A stretch of 64,000 nucleotides of DNA. Source: Syntrophorhabdaceae bacterium (GTDB taxonomy: Bacteria > Desulfobacterota > Syntrophorhabdia > Syntrophorhabdales > Syntrophorhabdaceae). The first letter of the stretch is position 1, and the number at the start of each line of letters is the position of its first letter. The DNA lies in NCBI GenBank assembly GCA_963665295.1, contig OY762209.1:3104001-3168000 (forward strand), read 5' to 3'. Below the pieces are notes generated by a model. That model had not been told where the DNA came from, ran no database searches, and saw nothing but the letters and a program-made list of their open reading frames with translations. The position numbers were made by a program, and so were the translations under genes. Positions 9,926-19,565 of this stretch are shown here, piece after piece.

Positions 9926-10454
9926 CGGCGAGAAGAAGATGGAACAGCCGGTGAGGAAGGTGGCAGCGATTGCGGTCATAAAGAACCCCTGTGCAGGTGA
10001 GTACCGGGAGGACCTTGCCGAGCTGACCGACAACGGGGACGAATTGGGAAAGATCCTGGGTGAAAGGGCAGTGGCGGCGCTGGGCGCGGGAAAGGCGGCG
10101 CAGAGCTATGGCAAGGCCGCGATAGTAGGGGAGAAAGGTGAGCTTGAACACGCGGCGGCGTTGCTCCATCCGAAACTTGGAACGCCCTTGAGAAATGCGG
10201 TGGGCGGCGGCAAGGCCATAATACCATCGGTCAAGAAGCTGGGAAGGATGGGGGACGAGATAGACATTCCCCTTCATTTCAAGGACGCTGCGTTCGTCCG
10301 TTCTCATTTTGACGGCATGACTGTATCCGTAAATGATGCGCCCAAATCGGACGAAATCCTCGTGGCGATCGCGGTGACCGATGGAGGGAGGCCTCATCCG
10401 AGAGTCGGGGGGCTGAAGAAGGATGAAGCTAAAGGAGAAGACGGCCTAAGATAA
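9879..10454 (+). CDS. Amino-acid-synthesis family protein (DUF1185)
   Basis: 'AVIKNP', 'SYGKAAIVGEKGELEHAAALLH', 'VRSHFD', 'DAPKSDEI', 'GGRPHPRVGG' motifs. Confidence 0.85.
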   Translation: MEIRKLVTIVEDIFADGEKKMEQPVRKVAAIAVIKNPCAGEYREDLAELTDNGDELGKILGERAVAALGAGKAAQSYGKAAIVGEKGELEHAAALLHPKLGTPLRNAVGGGKAIIPSVKKLGRMGDEIDIPLHFKDAAFVRSHFDGMTVSVNDAPKSDEILVAIAVTDGGRPHPRVGGLKKDEAKGEDGLR

Positions 10455-10614
10455 AGCCGGCGCTGGAAAGGGGGCTCGAAGGGGGCGCCACTAAGGGAAT
10501 GGGGCGGACGGTGCGTGCTCCCGCAGAATGAGCATGTCTTTTTAGCTTTACATCGGGACGTTTTTTTGTTACTTTTCCTAATTGTATGAATTCCCTTAAC
10601 AGTGTAAAGACCGT

Positions 10615-12888
10615 ATGACTTTTTCCTATTTCATTAAGAGCCTGTGTGTAATGTTCTGCGTACTTGCGTTCTCGATCTCTGCCGTTCAGGGGGCGGAAGG
10701 TCCTCCGACAATCGCGAAGATCGACATAACGGGAAACGAGAGCATCGACAAGGGGTTCATAATGAACGCCATAAAGACGAAAGAGAATAGTCCTTACGAC
10801 ATCGAGAAACTTCGTGAGGATATGAAAAGCATCTATAGAACGGGTTTTTTCAGCGATGTCCAGATTGACGAGAAGGATTCCGACAAGGGGAAGATTATCA
10901 CCTTCGTCGTAATAGAGAGGGCCCCTGTACGGGCCATTTATATATCCGGCAACAAGCAGATTAAGACGGCGGATATTCGGGAAAAGCTCAAGATCAGGAC
11001 CAATACGGTGCTCAATACCGAGAAGATCAAAGAGAGCATGGACGAGATCCGAAAGCTTTATGCCAGCAAGGGGTATTACGCGACCAAGGTGGGATACGAA
11101 ATATCCTACGAAGAAGGCTACCAGGCGACGGTCAAATTTCTCGTTGACGAGCCGGCAAGGGCGTACGTGCGTAAGATTACTTTTACGGGCTTGAAAGCGT
11201 TCAAGCCGGACAGACTGAAATCGTTTATGAAGACGAGAGAAAAAGGCATACTCTCCTGGGCTACCGGATCGGGCATTCTCGATGAAGAAGGCCTGGAGGA
11301 CGACAGGAAGCGGATAGAGGCATTCTACCATGACAACGGGTACGTCAAGGTCAAGGTGCGGGTGCCCGACGTCACCGTCTCGAAAGACGGGAAATCGCTC
11401 AGTGTCAACATACCGGTCGAAGAAGGCGATCTTTACAAGACGGGGACCATCAACTTTGCCGGCGACCTGCTGTACGACAATGAGACATTGACGAAAGACC
11501 TGAAGAGCAAATCCGGACAGACCTTCAGGGCGTCCTTATACCAGGATGATATTATCACCCTTACGGACCTCTATCAGGACAAGGGCTACGCCTTCTGCGA
11601 AGTCACACCCCTTACCATGATAAACGACGAGACGAAAACCGTGAACCTGACCTTTGAGTTCTCGAAGGGGCGGGAAATATACGTGAACAGGATCAACGTT
11701 TTTGGAAATGTGAGAACCAGGGATAAGGTGGTCAGAAGAGAGATGCGGCTCGCCGAAGGCGACCGGTTTTCTTCCTCGAAACTGAAGAGAAGTAAACAGT
11801 TCCTCGTAAACACGACCTATTTCAAGGACGTGGATATGAAGATCGTCAAAACCGATGAACCCGATAAGATCAATATCGATGTCAAGGTCGAGGAAAAACC
11901 TACCGGCAACATGAACATGGGCGTAGGGTACAGCACCGCTGAAAGCGTGATACTCACGGGATCGGTATCTCAGGAGAACCTTTTCGGCACGGGAAGAAAA
12001 GCCTTCCTTACGGCTTCCATAGGAGGGATCACGCAGCAGTTCAGACTTACTCTGGTGGATCCCTATATATTCGACAGGAACCTCTCTACCGCAATAAGCG
12101 CCGTCAATTTCAAAAGGATCATGGACCATTATGATTACAAACAGATGGGCGGCAGCCTGTTACTGATGAGGCCCATGACCGATTTCGTAAAGGCGGGTTT
12201 GAAGTACCGGTGGGAAAGCACGCAGGTAACGAACATCGACTTCTATGCAAGTGATACCATCAAACAGCAGGAAGGGACGAAGGTTACGAGCAGCGTCACG
12301 GCAAGTTTGATGAAGAACACCATAGACAATATTATGAATCCTACAAAGGGTGTAAGGTCGGAAATCGGATATGAACTGGCGGGGGGTCCTTTCCTCGGCG
12401 ACAACGAATTCCAGAAGGCGTCCGGTGTCTATGCGATGTACATTCCCGCAGGGTTCTGGGACAGCGTCTTTTTCGTGAGAGGCGTGGCAGGCATGTTGAG
12501 ACCTTATGGAGGAAAGCAACTGCCCATTTATGAGAAATTCTATGTGGGAAGTATAAATACGGTGAGGGGCTTCAAGTACGGTTACGCGGGACCGAGAGAT
12601 CAGAACGGAGACCCCGTGGGTGGTTCAAACCAGTTGTATTTCAACCTTGAATGGATCTTTCCCATCTATCAGCCCGCCGGTATCAAAGGTGTCCTGTTCT
12701 TCGATACAGGGCAGGCATTTGACGGCGGTAATGGCTGGGTGATGAGCGGCGCGAGAAAGACCGCGGGAGCGGGCCTGAGATGGTTCTCGCCTATGGGGCC
12801 TATCAGGATTGAGGTTGGGTTCAACCTTGCTCCAAAGGAAGACGAGAAAGGAAGTCAGTTTGATTTTACGATGGGCACGCAGTATTAA
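10615..12888 (+). CDS. bamA: Outer membrane protein assembly factor BamA
   Basis: Signal peptide, POTRA repeats, 'GNVRTRDKVVRRE', 'VRGF', 'WFSPMGPIRI', C-terminal aromatic residue. Confidence 0.97.
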   Translation: MTFSYFIKSLCVMFCVLAFSISAVQGAEGPPTIAKIDITGNESIDKGFIMNAIKTKENSPYDIEKLREDMKSIYRTGFFSDVQIDEKDSDKGKIITFVVIERAPVRAIYISGNKQIKTADIREKLKIRTNTVLNTEKIKESMDEIRKLYASKGYYATKVGYEISYEEGYQATVKFLVDEPARAYVRKITFTGLKAFKPDRLKSFMKTREKGILSWATGSGILDEEGLEDDRKRIEAFYHDNGYVKVKVRVPDVTVSKDGKSLSVNIPVEEGDLYKTGTINFAGDLLYDNETLTKDLKSKSGQTFRASLYQDDIITLTDLYQDKGYAFCEVTPLTMINDETKTVNLTFEFSKGREIYVNRINVFGNVRTRDKVVRREMRLAEGDRFSSSKLKRSKQFLVNTTYFKDVDMKIVKTDEPDKINIDVKVEEKPTGNMNMGVGYSTAESVILTGSVSQENLFGTGRKAFLTASIGGITQQFRLTLVDPYIFDRNLSTAISAVNFKRIMDHYDYKQMGGSLLLMRPMTDFVKAGLKYRWESTQVTNIDFYASDTIKQQEGTKVTSSVTASLMKNTIDNIMNPTKGVRSEIGYELAGGPFLGDNEFQKASGVYAMYIPAGFWDSVFFVRGVAGMLRPYGGKQLPIYEKFYVGSINTVRGFKYGYAGPRDQNGDPVGGSNQLYFNLEWIFPIYQPAGIKGVLFFDTGQAFDGGNGWVMSGARKTAGAGLRWFSPMGPIRIEVGFNLAPKEDEKGSQFDFTMGTQY

Positions 12889-12900
12889 ACAGGAGGAAAT

Positions 12901-13440
12901 ATGAAGAAGGTATATTTTTTGGTTGCGGCACTGATGTTTCTTCTGCCTTTGAAGGCGCTTTGTCAGACAACCGGCATTGTTTATGTCGATCTGCAGAGGG
13001 TTATGCTTGAATCTGAAAAGGGCAAGGAGGCGCGAAAGACGCTTACCGATGAAGCTGAAAGGCTGAAGAAAAGCCTCGACTCGAAGCAGGACGAATTGCA
13101 GAAGTTGAAAGACGCCATGGAGAAGCAGGGAGCCATGATAACACAGGATGCACGGGCCGAGAAGGATAAGCAGTATCAGGCCAAGCTGAAAGATTATCAG
13201 AGAGTCGCCAATGATTACCAGGGCGAGTTGCAGCAAAAGGATATGGAGCTTACACAAAAGATCCTGAAAGAGATAGAAGAGGTCGTAAAAGGTCTGGGCG
13301 ACAGAGAGAAATATGCCATGATCCTTGAAAAGAGTCAGGCAGGAGTGCTTTTCGGCAGCCCTTCCTTGGATATTACGGGCAAGGTGATAAGCGCCTATAA
13401 TGACGCCGCGAAGAGAAGACCAGCCGCTACAAAGAAATGA
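12901..13440 (+). CDS. skp: OmpH/Skp periplasmic chaperone
   Basis: Signal peptide, 'YVDLQRV', coiled coil, 'DITGKVI'; lies between bamA and lpxD. Confidence 0.93.
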   Translation: MKKVYFLVAALMFLLPLKALCQTTGIVYVDLQRVMLESEKGKEARKTLTDEAERLKKSLDSKQDELQKLKDAMEKQGAMITQDARAEKDKQYQAKLKDYQRVANDYQGELQQKDMELTQKILKEIEEVVKGLGDREKYAMILEKSQAGVLFGSPSLDITGKVISAYNDAAKRRPAATKK

Positions 13441-14465
13441 TCGCGCTGAAGGAGATTGCTGAACAGATAGGCGGGTCCCTTATAGGGGACGGCAATACAC
13501 TTATTTCAGGCATATCGAGTATCGAGGAAGCAAAGGAAGGTGAGGTGGCCGTACTTACCAATCCTTCTTTCAGAAAGCGCTTGTCGGGGTCCGGTGCATC
13601 AGCCTTTATTCTGGGCGAGGACTCGGATATGACTGATTTGAAAGAGAGAAACGTGGTACTGGTGAAGAACCCGTCCCATGCGTTTCTGAAAGTCGCCGGG
13701 CTTTTTGAGAGACCAAGAGAGGTGGCTAAAGGTATACATCCGTTGGCGTCCGTTTCGGAAGGGGCGTCCATCGCGGACGGCGCTTCCATTTCCGCATACG
13801 CATACATAGAGAAGGGCGCGGTTCTGGAGAAGAACGTGAGCATATACCCTTTTGTCTATGTCGGGGAGGGGGTAAGGATCGGAGAAGGAAGTACGATGTT
13901 TCCCCACGTGACCCTCTATAACGGTGTGGTGATCGGCAAAAGGGTTACTATCCATGGCGGGACTGTTGTTGGGGGCGACGGGTTCGGCTATGTGTGGGAC
14001 GGGAAAAGGCACGCGAAGATACCTCAACTTGGAATCGTAGAAATAGAAGACGACGTGGAAATAGGAGCAAATGTTACTATCGACAGGGCTTCCCTCGGGA
14101 AGACCCGGATAGGAAAAGGGGTCAGGATAGATAATCTCACCCAGGTGGCGCACAACGTGTCCATCGGGGAAAATTCCATTATTGTTGCCCAGGTGGGAAT
14201 TGCGGGAAGCGCGGTAATCGGCAGGAATGTGGTTATTGCGGGTCAGGCAGGGGTGAGGGACCACGCGGTTGTAGGAGATAATGTTAAGGCGGGCGGACAG
14301 ACGGGGATAACATGCGACGTCCCGGAAAACTCGCTGATCATGGGCACACCCCATATGCCACACAGGGAATGGGCAAGGCTCCAGGGTTACCTGAGAAGAC
14401 TGCCGAAATTATTCGAGACGGTGAGACGCATTGAGAGGAAGCTCCATCCGGAGGTTGAGAAATGA
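13437..14465 (+). CDS. lpxD: UDP-3-O-acyl-glucosamine N-acyltransferase LpxD
   Basis: Hexapeptide repeats, 'GGDGFGY', 'KIPQLG', '[11 protein letters not shown]'. Confidence 0.96.
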   Translation: MIALKEIAEQIGGSLIGDGNTLISGISSIEEAKEGEVAVLTNPSFRKRLSGSGASAFILGEDSDMTDLKERNVVLVKNPSHAFLKVAGLFERPREVAKGIHPLASVSEGASIADGASISAYAYIEKGAVLEKNVSIYPFVYVGEGVRIGEGSTMFPHVTLYNGVVIGKRVTIHGGTVVGGDGFGYVWDGKRHAKIPQLGIVEIEDDVEIGANVTIDRASLGKTRIGKGVRIDNLTQVAHNVSIGENSIIVAQVGIAGSAVIGRNVVIAGQAGVRDHAVVGDNVKAGGQTGITCDVPENSLIMGTPHMPHREWARLQGYLRRLPKLFETVRRIERKLHPEVEK

Positions 14466-14890
14466 TAGAGATTAACGAAATATTGAAGCTTTTGCCCCAT
14501 GACTACCCCTTTCTGCTGGTAGACAGGGTTCTCGAATATGAAACAGAGAAAAGAATTGTGGCGATAAAGAACGTGACCTTTAACGAGCCTTTCTTTCAGG
14601 GGCACTTCCCTGGAAGACCTATAATGCCCGGCGTTCTCATTATCGAGGCAATGGCCCAGGCAGGTGGGGTTCTCGCTTTCAAGAGTTTCCCCGACAAGAC
14701 GGGCTCCGTCTTCTTCATCGGCATCGATAATTGCCGTTTTCGAAAACCTGTGGTGCCCGGCGATCAGGTGAAGCTCGTGGTGGAGGTAGTGAAACACAAG
14801 AGGGATATCTGGATCTTTGAGGGAAAGGCTACCGTCGAGGACGAGGTGGTGGCGGAGGCCAGGATTATGGCCATGTTGAAAAAGGAATAA
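14462..14890 (+). CDS. fabZ: 3-hydroxyacyl-ACP dehydratase FabZ
   Basis: '[13 protein letters not shown]' and '[23 protein letters not shown]' motifs. Confidence 0.97.
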   Translation: MIEINEILKLLPHDYPFLLVDRVLEYETEKRIVAIKNVTFNEPFFQGHFPGRPIMPGVLIIEAMAQAGGVLAFKSFPDKTGSVFFIGIDNCRFRKPVVPGDQVKLVVEVVKHKRDIWIFEGKATVEDEVVAEARIMAMLKKE

Positions 14891-14986
14891 GGCGGAAAAC
14901 ATAGCGCCCCGGAGGAAACGCCCCCGGCTGTTTTTGCGGGGAAGGGGTATTAGGGACAGATGGATGATAGATAAGGAGAGATAACC

Positions 14987-15760
14987 TTGATAGATGCGAC
15001 AGCGATAGTTCATAAGAGCGCGGAAATTGATGAAAGCGTTTACGTGGGGCCCTATTGTGTAATCGAAGAGAACGTGCAAATAGGCAAAGGAACGAAGCTC
15101 GCCTCCCACGTGGTAATTCAGAAAGGTACGCGGATCGGGCAGAACTGTACTATCAGCCCTTTTGCGTCCTTGGGCGGACCTCCCCAGGACATATCTTACA
15201 AAGACGAAGAGACGACTCTGGTTATAGGCGACAACAACATGATAAAGGAATACGTGACCATGAACAGGGGCACCGAGCATGGCAGCGGTGTCACCACCGT
15301 GGGCAACAATAATTTTATCATGGCCTATGCACATGTTGCCCACGACTGCAAAGTGGGGAACAACATAATCATGGCGAACTGCGCTACCCTCGCGGGTCAT
15401 GTGGAGATCGATGATTTTGTCATCTTCGGCGGACTCTGCGCGGTGCATCAGTTTTGCAGAGTAGGCAAGTATGCTTTCATTAGCGGAGTTACCGGAGTGC
15501 CCAAGGACGTGCCTCCTTTTGTCATCGCCGCAGGGGACCGGGCAAAGCTGTACGGGTTGAATGTGGTAGGCCTTGAGCGCAGAGGTTTCAGCAAAGAGAA
15601 CATAACCCAGTTGAAAAGGGCCTACCGGATCATTTTCAGGTCCGCCCTGCCTCTCAGCACATCCCTCAAGATTATTGAGGAGGAGTTGTCCGAGGAGCAC
15701 GGGTACGTGAATGACCTTATTGAGTTCATCAGATCGTCGAAGAGGGGTATATGCCGCTAA
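14987..15760 (+). CDS. lpxA: UDP-N-acetylglucosamine acyltransferase LpxA
   Basis: Hexapeptide repeats, 'PQDISYK', 'HVAHDC', 'LAGHVE', 'VHQFCRVG', 'GLNVVGLERRGF'. TTG start with upstream AAGGAG. Confidence 0.96.
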   Translation: MIDATAIVHKSAEIDESVYVGPYCVIEENVQIGKGTKLASHVVIQKGTRIGQNCTISPFASLGGPPQDISYKDEETTLVIGDNNMIKEYVTMNRGTEHGSGVTTVGNNNFIMAYAHVAHDCKVGNNIIMANCATLAGHVEIDDFVIFGGLCAVHQFCRVGKYAFISGVTGVPKDVPPFVIAAGDRAKLYGLNVVGLERRGFSKENITQLKRAYRIIFRSALPLSTSLKIIEEELSEEHGYVNDLIEFIRSSKRGICR

Positions 15761-16677
15761 GGATTGGTGTAGTAGGCGCCGGACACATGGGAAGGATTCA
15801 TCTCGAAAAGCTGAGCGCCATGGAAGGCGTCGAGGTTGCGGGGGTGATAGATGTCGACTGTAAAAGGACGGAGGGTCTTCCTTTTGGGGAGGGCATCCCT
15901 TGTTTTACCGATTACCGGGAGATAATCGGCCGAACTGACGGGATTGTCATCGCTACCCCGACCGAGTCCCACTATGAGATAGGAAAGGCCTTTCTGGAAA
16001 GCGGGTCACATGTTTTTATGGAAAAGCCCGTAACGTCAAACCCCCGGGAGGCACGCGAGTTGATCGACCTTGCAGAGAAGGCAGGGCGTGTGTTTCAGGT
16101 GGGTCACCTGGAGCGGTTCAACCCCGTCTTTGTAAGAGCCATGTCGGATATCCGAGAGGCACGATACATTGAAGCGCGAAGAGTGAGTCCCTTTACGGGC
16201 CGGTCCACGGATGTAAGCGTGGTTCTGGATATTATGATCCATGATCTCGACCTTGTCCTTTCCATCGTGAAGGACCGCGTAAAAGAGGTGAAGGCACAGG
16301 GTTTTTCTTTTGTGAGCGAGAAACCGGATATGGCAAACGCCTGGATCGAATTCGAAAATGGTTGCGTGGCCAACCTCACTGCGAGCCGGATTGCTTCCGG
16401 AAGAGAGAGATGTATCACTATTTTTGAAAAAGACCGGTATTTTGCCCTCGACCTCCTGAGCGGTATGCTGACGGTCGCGTCTCAGGATAAAGCAGACGGC
16501 ATAAAGACAGTCGAACACGAAACCGCGAAAGCGGATGCCGTAAAATTAGAACTCACTGAATTCATACAGTCTATCAAGGGCGAAACTAAGCCGAGCGTGA
16601 GAGGCGAGGATGGGTTGAGCGCCCTTGTACTTGCCGGCTTGATCGAACAGCACATTGCAGCGCGATCTTCCACCTAA
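15751..16677 (+). CDS. Gfo/Idh/MocA oxidoreductase, probable GnnA-type UDP-GlcNAc 3-dehydrogenase
   Basis: 'GVVGAGHMG', 'EKP', 'VGHLERFNP', 'DIMIHDLD' motifs; positioned between lpxA and lpxB. Confidence 0.8.
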   Translation: MPLRIGVVGAGHMGRIHLEKLSAMEGVEVAGVIDVDCKRTEGLPFGEGIPCFTDYREIIGRTDGIVIATPTESHYEIGKAFLESGSHVFMEKPVTSNPREARELIDLAEKAGRVFQVGHLERFNPVFVRAMSDIREARYIEARRVSPFTGRSTDVSVVLDIMIHDLDLVLSIVKDRVKEVKAQGFSFVSEKPDMANAWIEFENGCVANLTASRIASGRERCITIFEKDRYFALDLLSGMLTVASQDKADGIKTVEHETAKADAVKLELTEFIQSIKGETKPSVRGEDGLSALVLAGLIEQHIAARSST

Positions 16678-17818
16678 GGATTTCAATAAGCGGATTGTTC
16701 TTGTAACGGGTGAGCTTTCCGGCGAAATTCACGCCTTTCATCTCGTCGAAACAATGAAAGAGCTTCTGACGGCTGAGTGGAGCGGAATAGGCTCACGCAA
16801 GCTCGCAGAGGCAGGGGTAAGGATAATCTATGATTATGGAAATATTTCCCTCACCGGGTTGAGCGAGATATTTACCAAGCTGAAATATATCCGGGAAGCC
16901 TATGAGAAGCTGAAGGCTCATCTGCGGGAAGAGAAACCGGCACTGATCATACTGGTGGATTTTCCGGGTTTCAACCTGAAAGTGGCACGTCTCGCGAAGA
17001 AATACGGCATACCGGTTGTTTATTTTATCCCCCCCCAGGTATGGGCGTGGAGGGAGTCAAGGGTTCAGAAGATAAAGAGGTTTGTGGACAAGGTCATATG
17101 CATACTACCCTTTGAAAAGGAACTTTATGACGGATACGGAGTCGATGCGACCTATGTCGGACATCCCTTCGCGGCGACCGTGAAACCTCAACTCACCCGT
17201 GACGAATTTCTTGCCATGGCAGGGGCGAAGGAGGGAGACAAGGTGGTCGCCATTATGCCGGGAAGCAGGGAAAACGAGGTAGTGAAACATATGCCCCTCC
17301 TTGCGGGCGTCGCGAAACGACTGAAGCAGCGGTTCGGGAACCTTAAGGTGGTGTTACCCCTCGCGGAGAGTATCGACGAGCAGATGGCCGGGAGATACGC
17401 TGAACCTGGTGTCTTTAGATTTTTGAAGGGGTTCTCCCATGATGCGCTGTCTTACTGTGACACGGCCATCATCGCTTCAGGAAGCGCCACGTTGGAGGCG
17501 GCCATCCTGGGTACTCCGACCATAGTCGTTTACAAAGTGTCACGGATATCCTATCTGATTGCAAAGGCCCTCGTGAAGATCGACTATATAAGTCTTCCCA
17601 ATATAATAATGGGAAAAGAGATTTTCCCGGAGTTTATTCAGCATATAAGTATTGAAGATGTTGCGGAAAAGGCAAGCTATATGTTAGAAAATGGAAGAAA
17701 AGGTTTTGAGAAAGAAATGGAAAACATGAAAAAGAAACTAGGCCCACACAATTCTTATCGCCTTGCGGGCGAATCCATCATCCGGCTCCTGGAGTGCAGA
17801 TATGGCACTATATCTTAG
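16655..17818 (+). CDS. lpxB: Lipid-A-disaccharide synthase LpxB
   Basis: 'GELSGE', 'VDFPGFN', 'PPQVWAWR', 'ILPFE', 'VGHP', 'PGSR', 'SGSATLE' motifs. Confidence 0.96.
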   Translation: MQRDLPPKDFNKRIVLVTGELSGEIHAFHLVETMKELLTAEWSGIGSRKLAEAGVRIIYDYGNISLTGLSEIFTKLKYIREAYEKLKAHLREEKPALIILVDFPGFNLKVARLAKKYGIPVVYFIPPQVWAWRESRVQKIKRFVDKVICILPFEKELYDGYGVDATYVGHPFAATVKPQLTRDEFLAMAGAKEGDKVVAIMPGSRENEVVKHMPLLAGVAKRLKQRFGNLKVVLPLAESIDEQMAGRYAEPGVFRFLKGFSHDALSYCDTAIIASGSATLEAAILGTPTIVVYKVSRISYLIAKALVKIDYISLPNIIMGKEIFPEFIQHISIEDVAEKASYMLENGRKGFEKEMENMKKKLGPHNSYRLAGESIIRLLECRYGTIS

Positions 17819-19565
17819 GCTTCTTGGTTTTCTGAAGCCCTACTGGGTGAAGCTTGCATTCGCCATGGTGTTCATGGCCCTCGTTGCCGGCACCAACGGT
17901 CTTACCGCATATATAGTGAAGCCGGTCCTCGACAAGATATTCTTTGAGAAGAATGCGAGCATGCTTTACCTTATACCCTTCGGCGTAATCACCCTTTACC
18001 TCTCCAAGGGGATCTTCACGTACCTCCAGGCTTATTTGATGGGATTTGTGGGACAGAAGGTTATCACCGACATCAGGAACCTCGTGTTTGACCGTCTCCA
18101 AAGACAACCGCTTTCTTTTTTCGATAAGACACCCACGGGAGTCAGTATTTCGCGGATCATGAACGACGTGACCCTTGTTCAGGGTAGCGTTTCGGAGGCA
18201 TTTACCGCAATCCTTATGGATGCCTTCAGTATTGTGGGCCTCATCTTCGTGGTATTCTACAGGGACTGGAAGCTTGCGACGATCGCTTTTATCGTCTTGC
18301 CTTTTGCGGTTTACCCCATCGTTTCTTTCGGGAAGAAACTTAGGAAGATAAGCACCAAGACTCAGAGGTCGATCGCGAAGCTGACGAATTTCCTCCATGA
18401 GACCATTACGGGGCAAAGAATCGTAAAAGCCTTCTCCATGGAAGACTACGAAAACGGGAGATTCGGAAGAGAGAACGAAGAACTGTTCCGGATCAACATG
18501 AAGAGATATAAGGTGAGAGCCTTGTCTCACCCCATAATGGAAGTGCTGGGCGGCATAGCCATGGCGGTGATCATCTGGTATGGCGGCAAAGAAGTCATAT
18601 ACGGACAGTCGACGCCGGGTAATTTTTTTTCATTCACCGCGGCGCTCTTGATGCTGTACGAGCCCATAAAGAGGCTTAACAAGGAGAATCACAATATCCA
18701 GCAGGGTCTCGCGGCAAGCCAGCGGGTGTTCGAAATCATCGACCGGGTACCGGAAATCGTGGAGAAAGAGAACGCCATTGAATTGGAAAGGGTCCAGGGC
18801 GTGATTGACTTGAAGCATATCTATTTCAAGTATGATGAGAAACTGGTCCTTAAGGACATGGATATTAAGGTGCGGAAAAACGAAGTCCTCGCGGTAGTCG
18901 GCAAGAGCGGCGTGGGCAAAACCACGTTTGCCAACCTCATACCCCGGTTCTACGAAGTGACCGAGGGATCCATAGAAATCGATGGCGTCGATATAAGAGA
19001 CGTGACCTTGAAATCATTGAGACAGAACATTGCCCTGGTAACACAGGACGTGATACTCTTCAATGATTCTATTAAGAACAATATCGCGTACGGAGGCGTC
19101 CACAACGAAGAGAAGATTCAGGAAGCGGCGAAAATGGCCTTTGCCCACGATTTCATTCTCAGGCAGCCCAAGGGATATGATACACTGGTCGGGGAAAAGG
19201 GGATACGGCTGTCGGGGGGACAGAAGCAGAGAATAGCCATAGCAAGGGCGTTGTTCAAGGATGCCCCCATCCTTATTCTCGATGAGGCGACGAGCGCTCT
19301 TGATACGGCGTCCGAAATGGAAGTCCAGAAGGCCTTGGAAAACCTTATGAAGGGGAGGACCACGATCATCATTGCCCACCGGCTTTCCACGGTGATGAAT
19401 GCGGACAGGATAATAGTTCTTGACGGTGGGACAATAGTGCAGCAGGGCTCGCACAATGATCTGATATTGGAGGACGGCCCCTACAAGAAGCTCTACGAAG
19501 TGCAGTTCCGGGAAATCCCCGAGAAGAAAGTCATTAAAATAGGTAAGAGGACACAAGGTGTTTAA
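17802..19565 (+). CDS. msbA: Lipid A export ABC transporter MsbA
   Basis: TM domain plus Walker A 'GKSGVGKTT', 'LSGGQKQRIAIARA', 'DEATSALD'; within the lpx operon. Confidence 0.93.
   Translation: MALYLRLLGFLKPYWVKLAFAMVFMALVAGTNGLTAYIVKPVLDKIFFEKNASMLYLIPFGVITLYLSKGIFTYLQAYLMGFVGQKVITDIRNLVFDRLQRQPLSFFDKTPTGVSISRIMNDVTLVQGSVSEAFTAILMDAFSIVGLIFVVFYRDWKLATIAFIVLPFAVYPIVSFGKKLRKISTKTQRSIAKLTNFLHETITGQRIVKAFSMEDYENGRFGRENEELFRINMKRYKVRALSHPIMEVLGGIAMAVIIWYGGKEVIYGQSTPGNFFSFTAALLMLYEPIKRLNKENHNIQQGLAASQRVFEIIDRVPEIVEKENAIELERVQGVIDLKHIYFKYDEKLVLKDMDIKVRKNEVLAVVGKSGVGKTTFANLIPRFYEVTEGSIEIDGVDIRDVTLKSLRQNIALVTQDVILFNDSIKNNIAYGGVHNEEKIQEAAKMAFAHDFILRQPKGYDTLVGEKGIRLSGGQKQRIAIARALFKDAPILILDEATSALDTASEMEVQKALENLMKGRTTIIIAHRLSTVMNADRIIVLDGGTIVQQGSHNDLILEDGPYKKLYEVQFREIPEKKVIKIGKRTQGV

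Noticed and set aside
14387..15700. 437-aa minus-strand ORF opposite fabZ/lpxA
   Set aside because: Antisense shadow produced by codon bias
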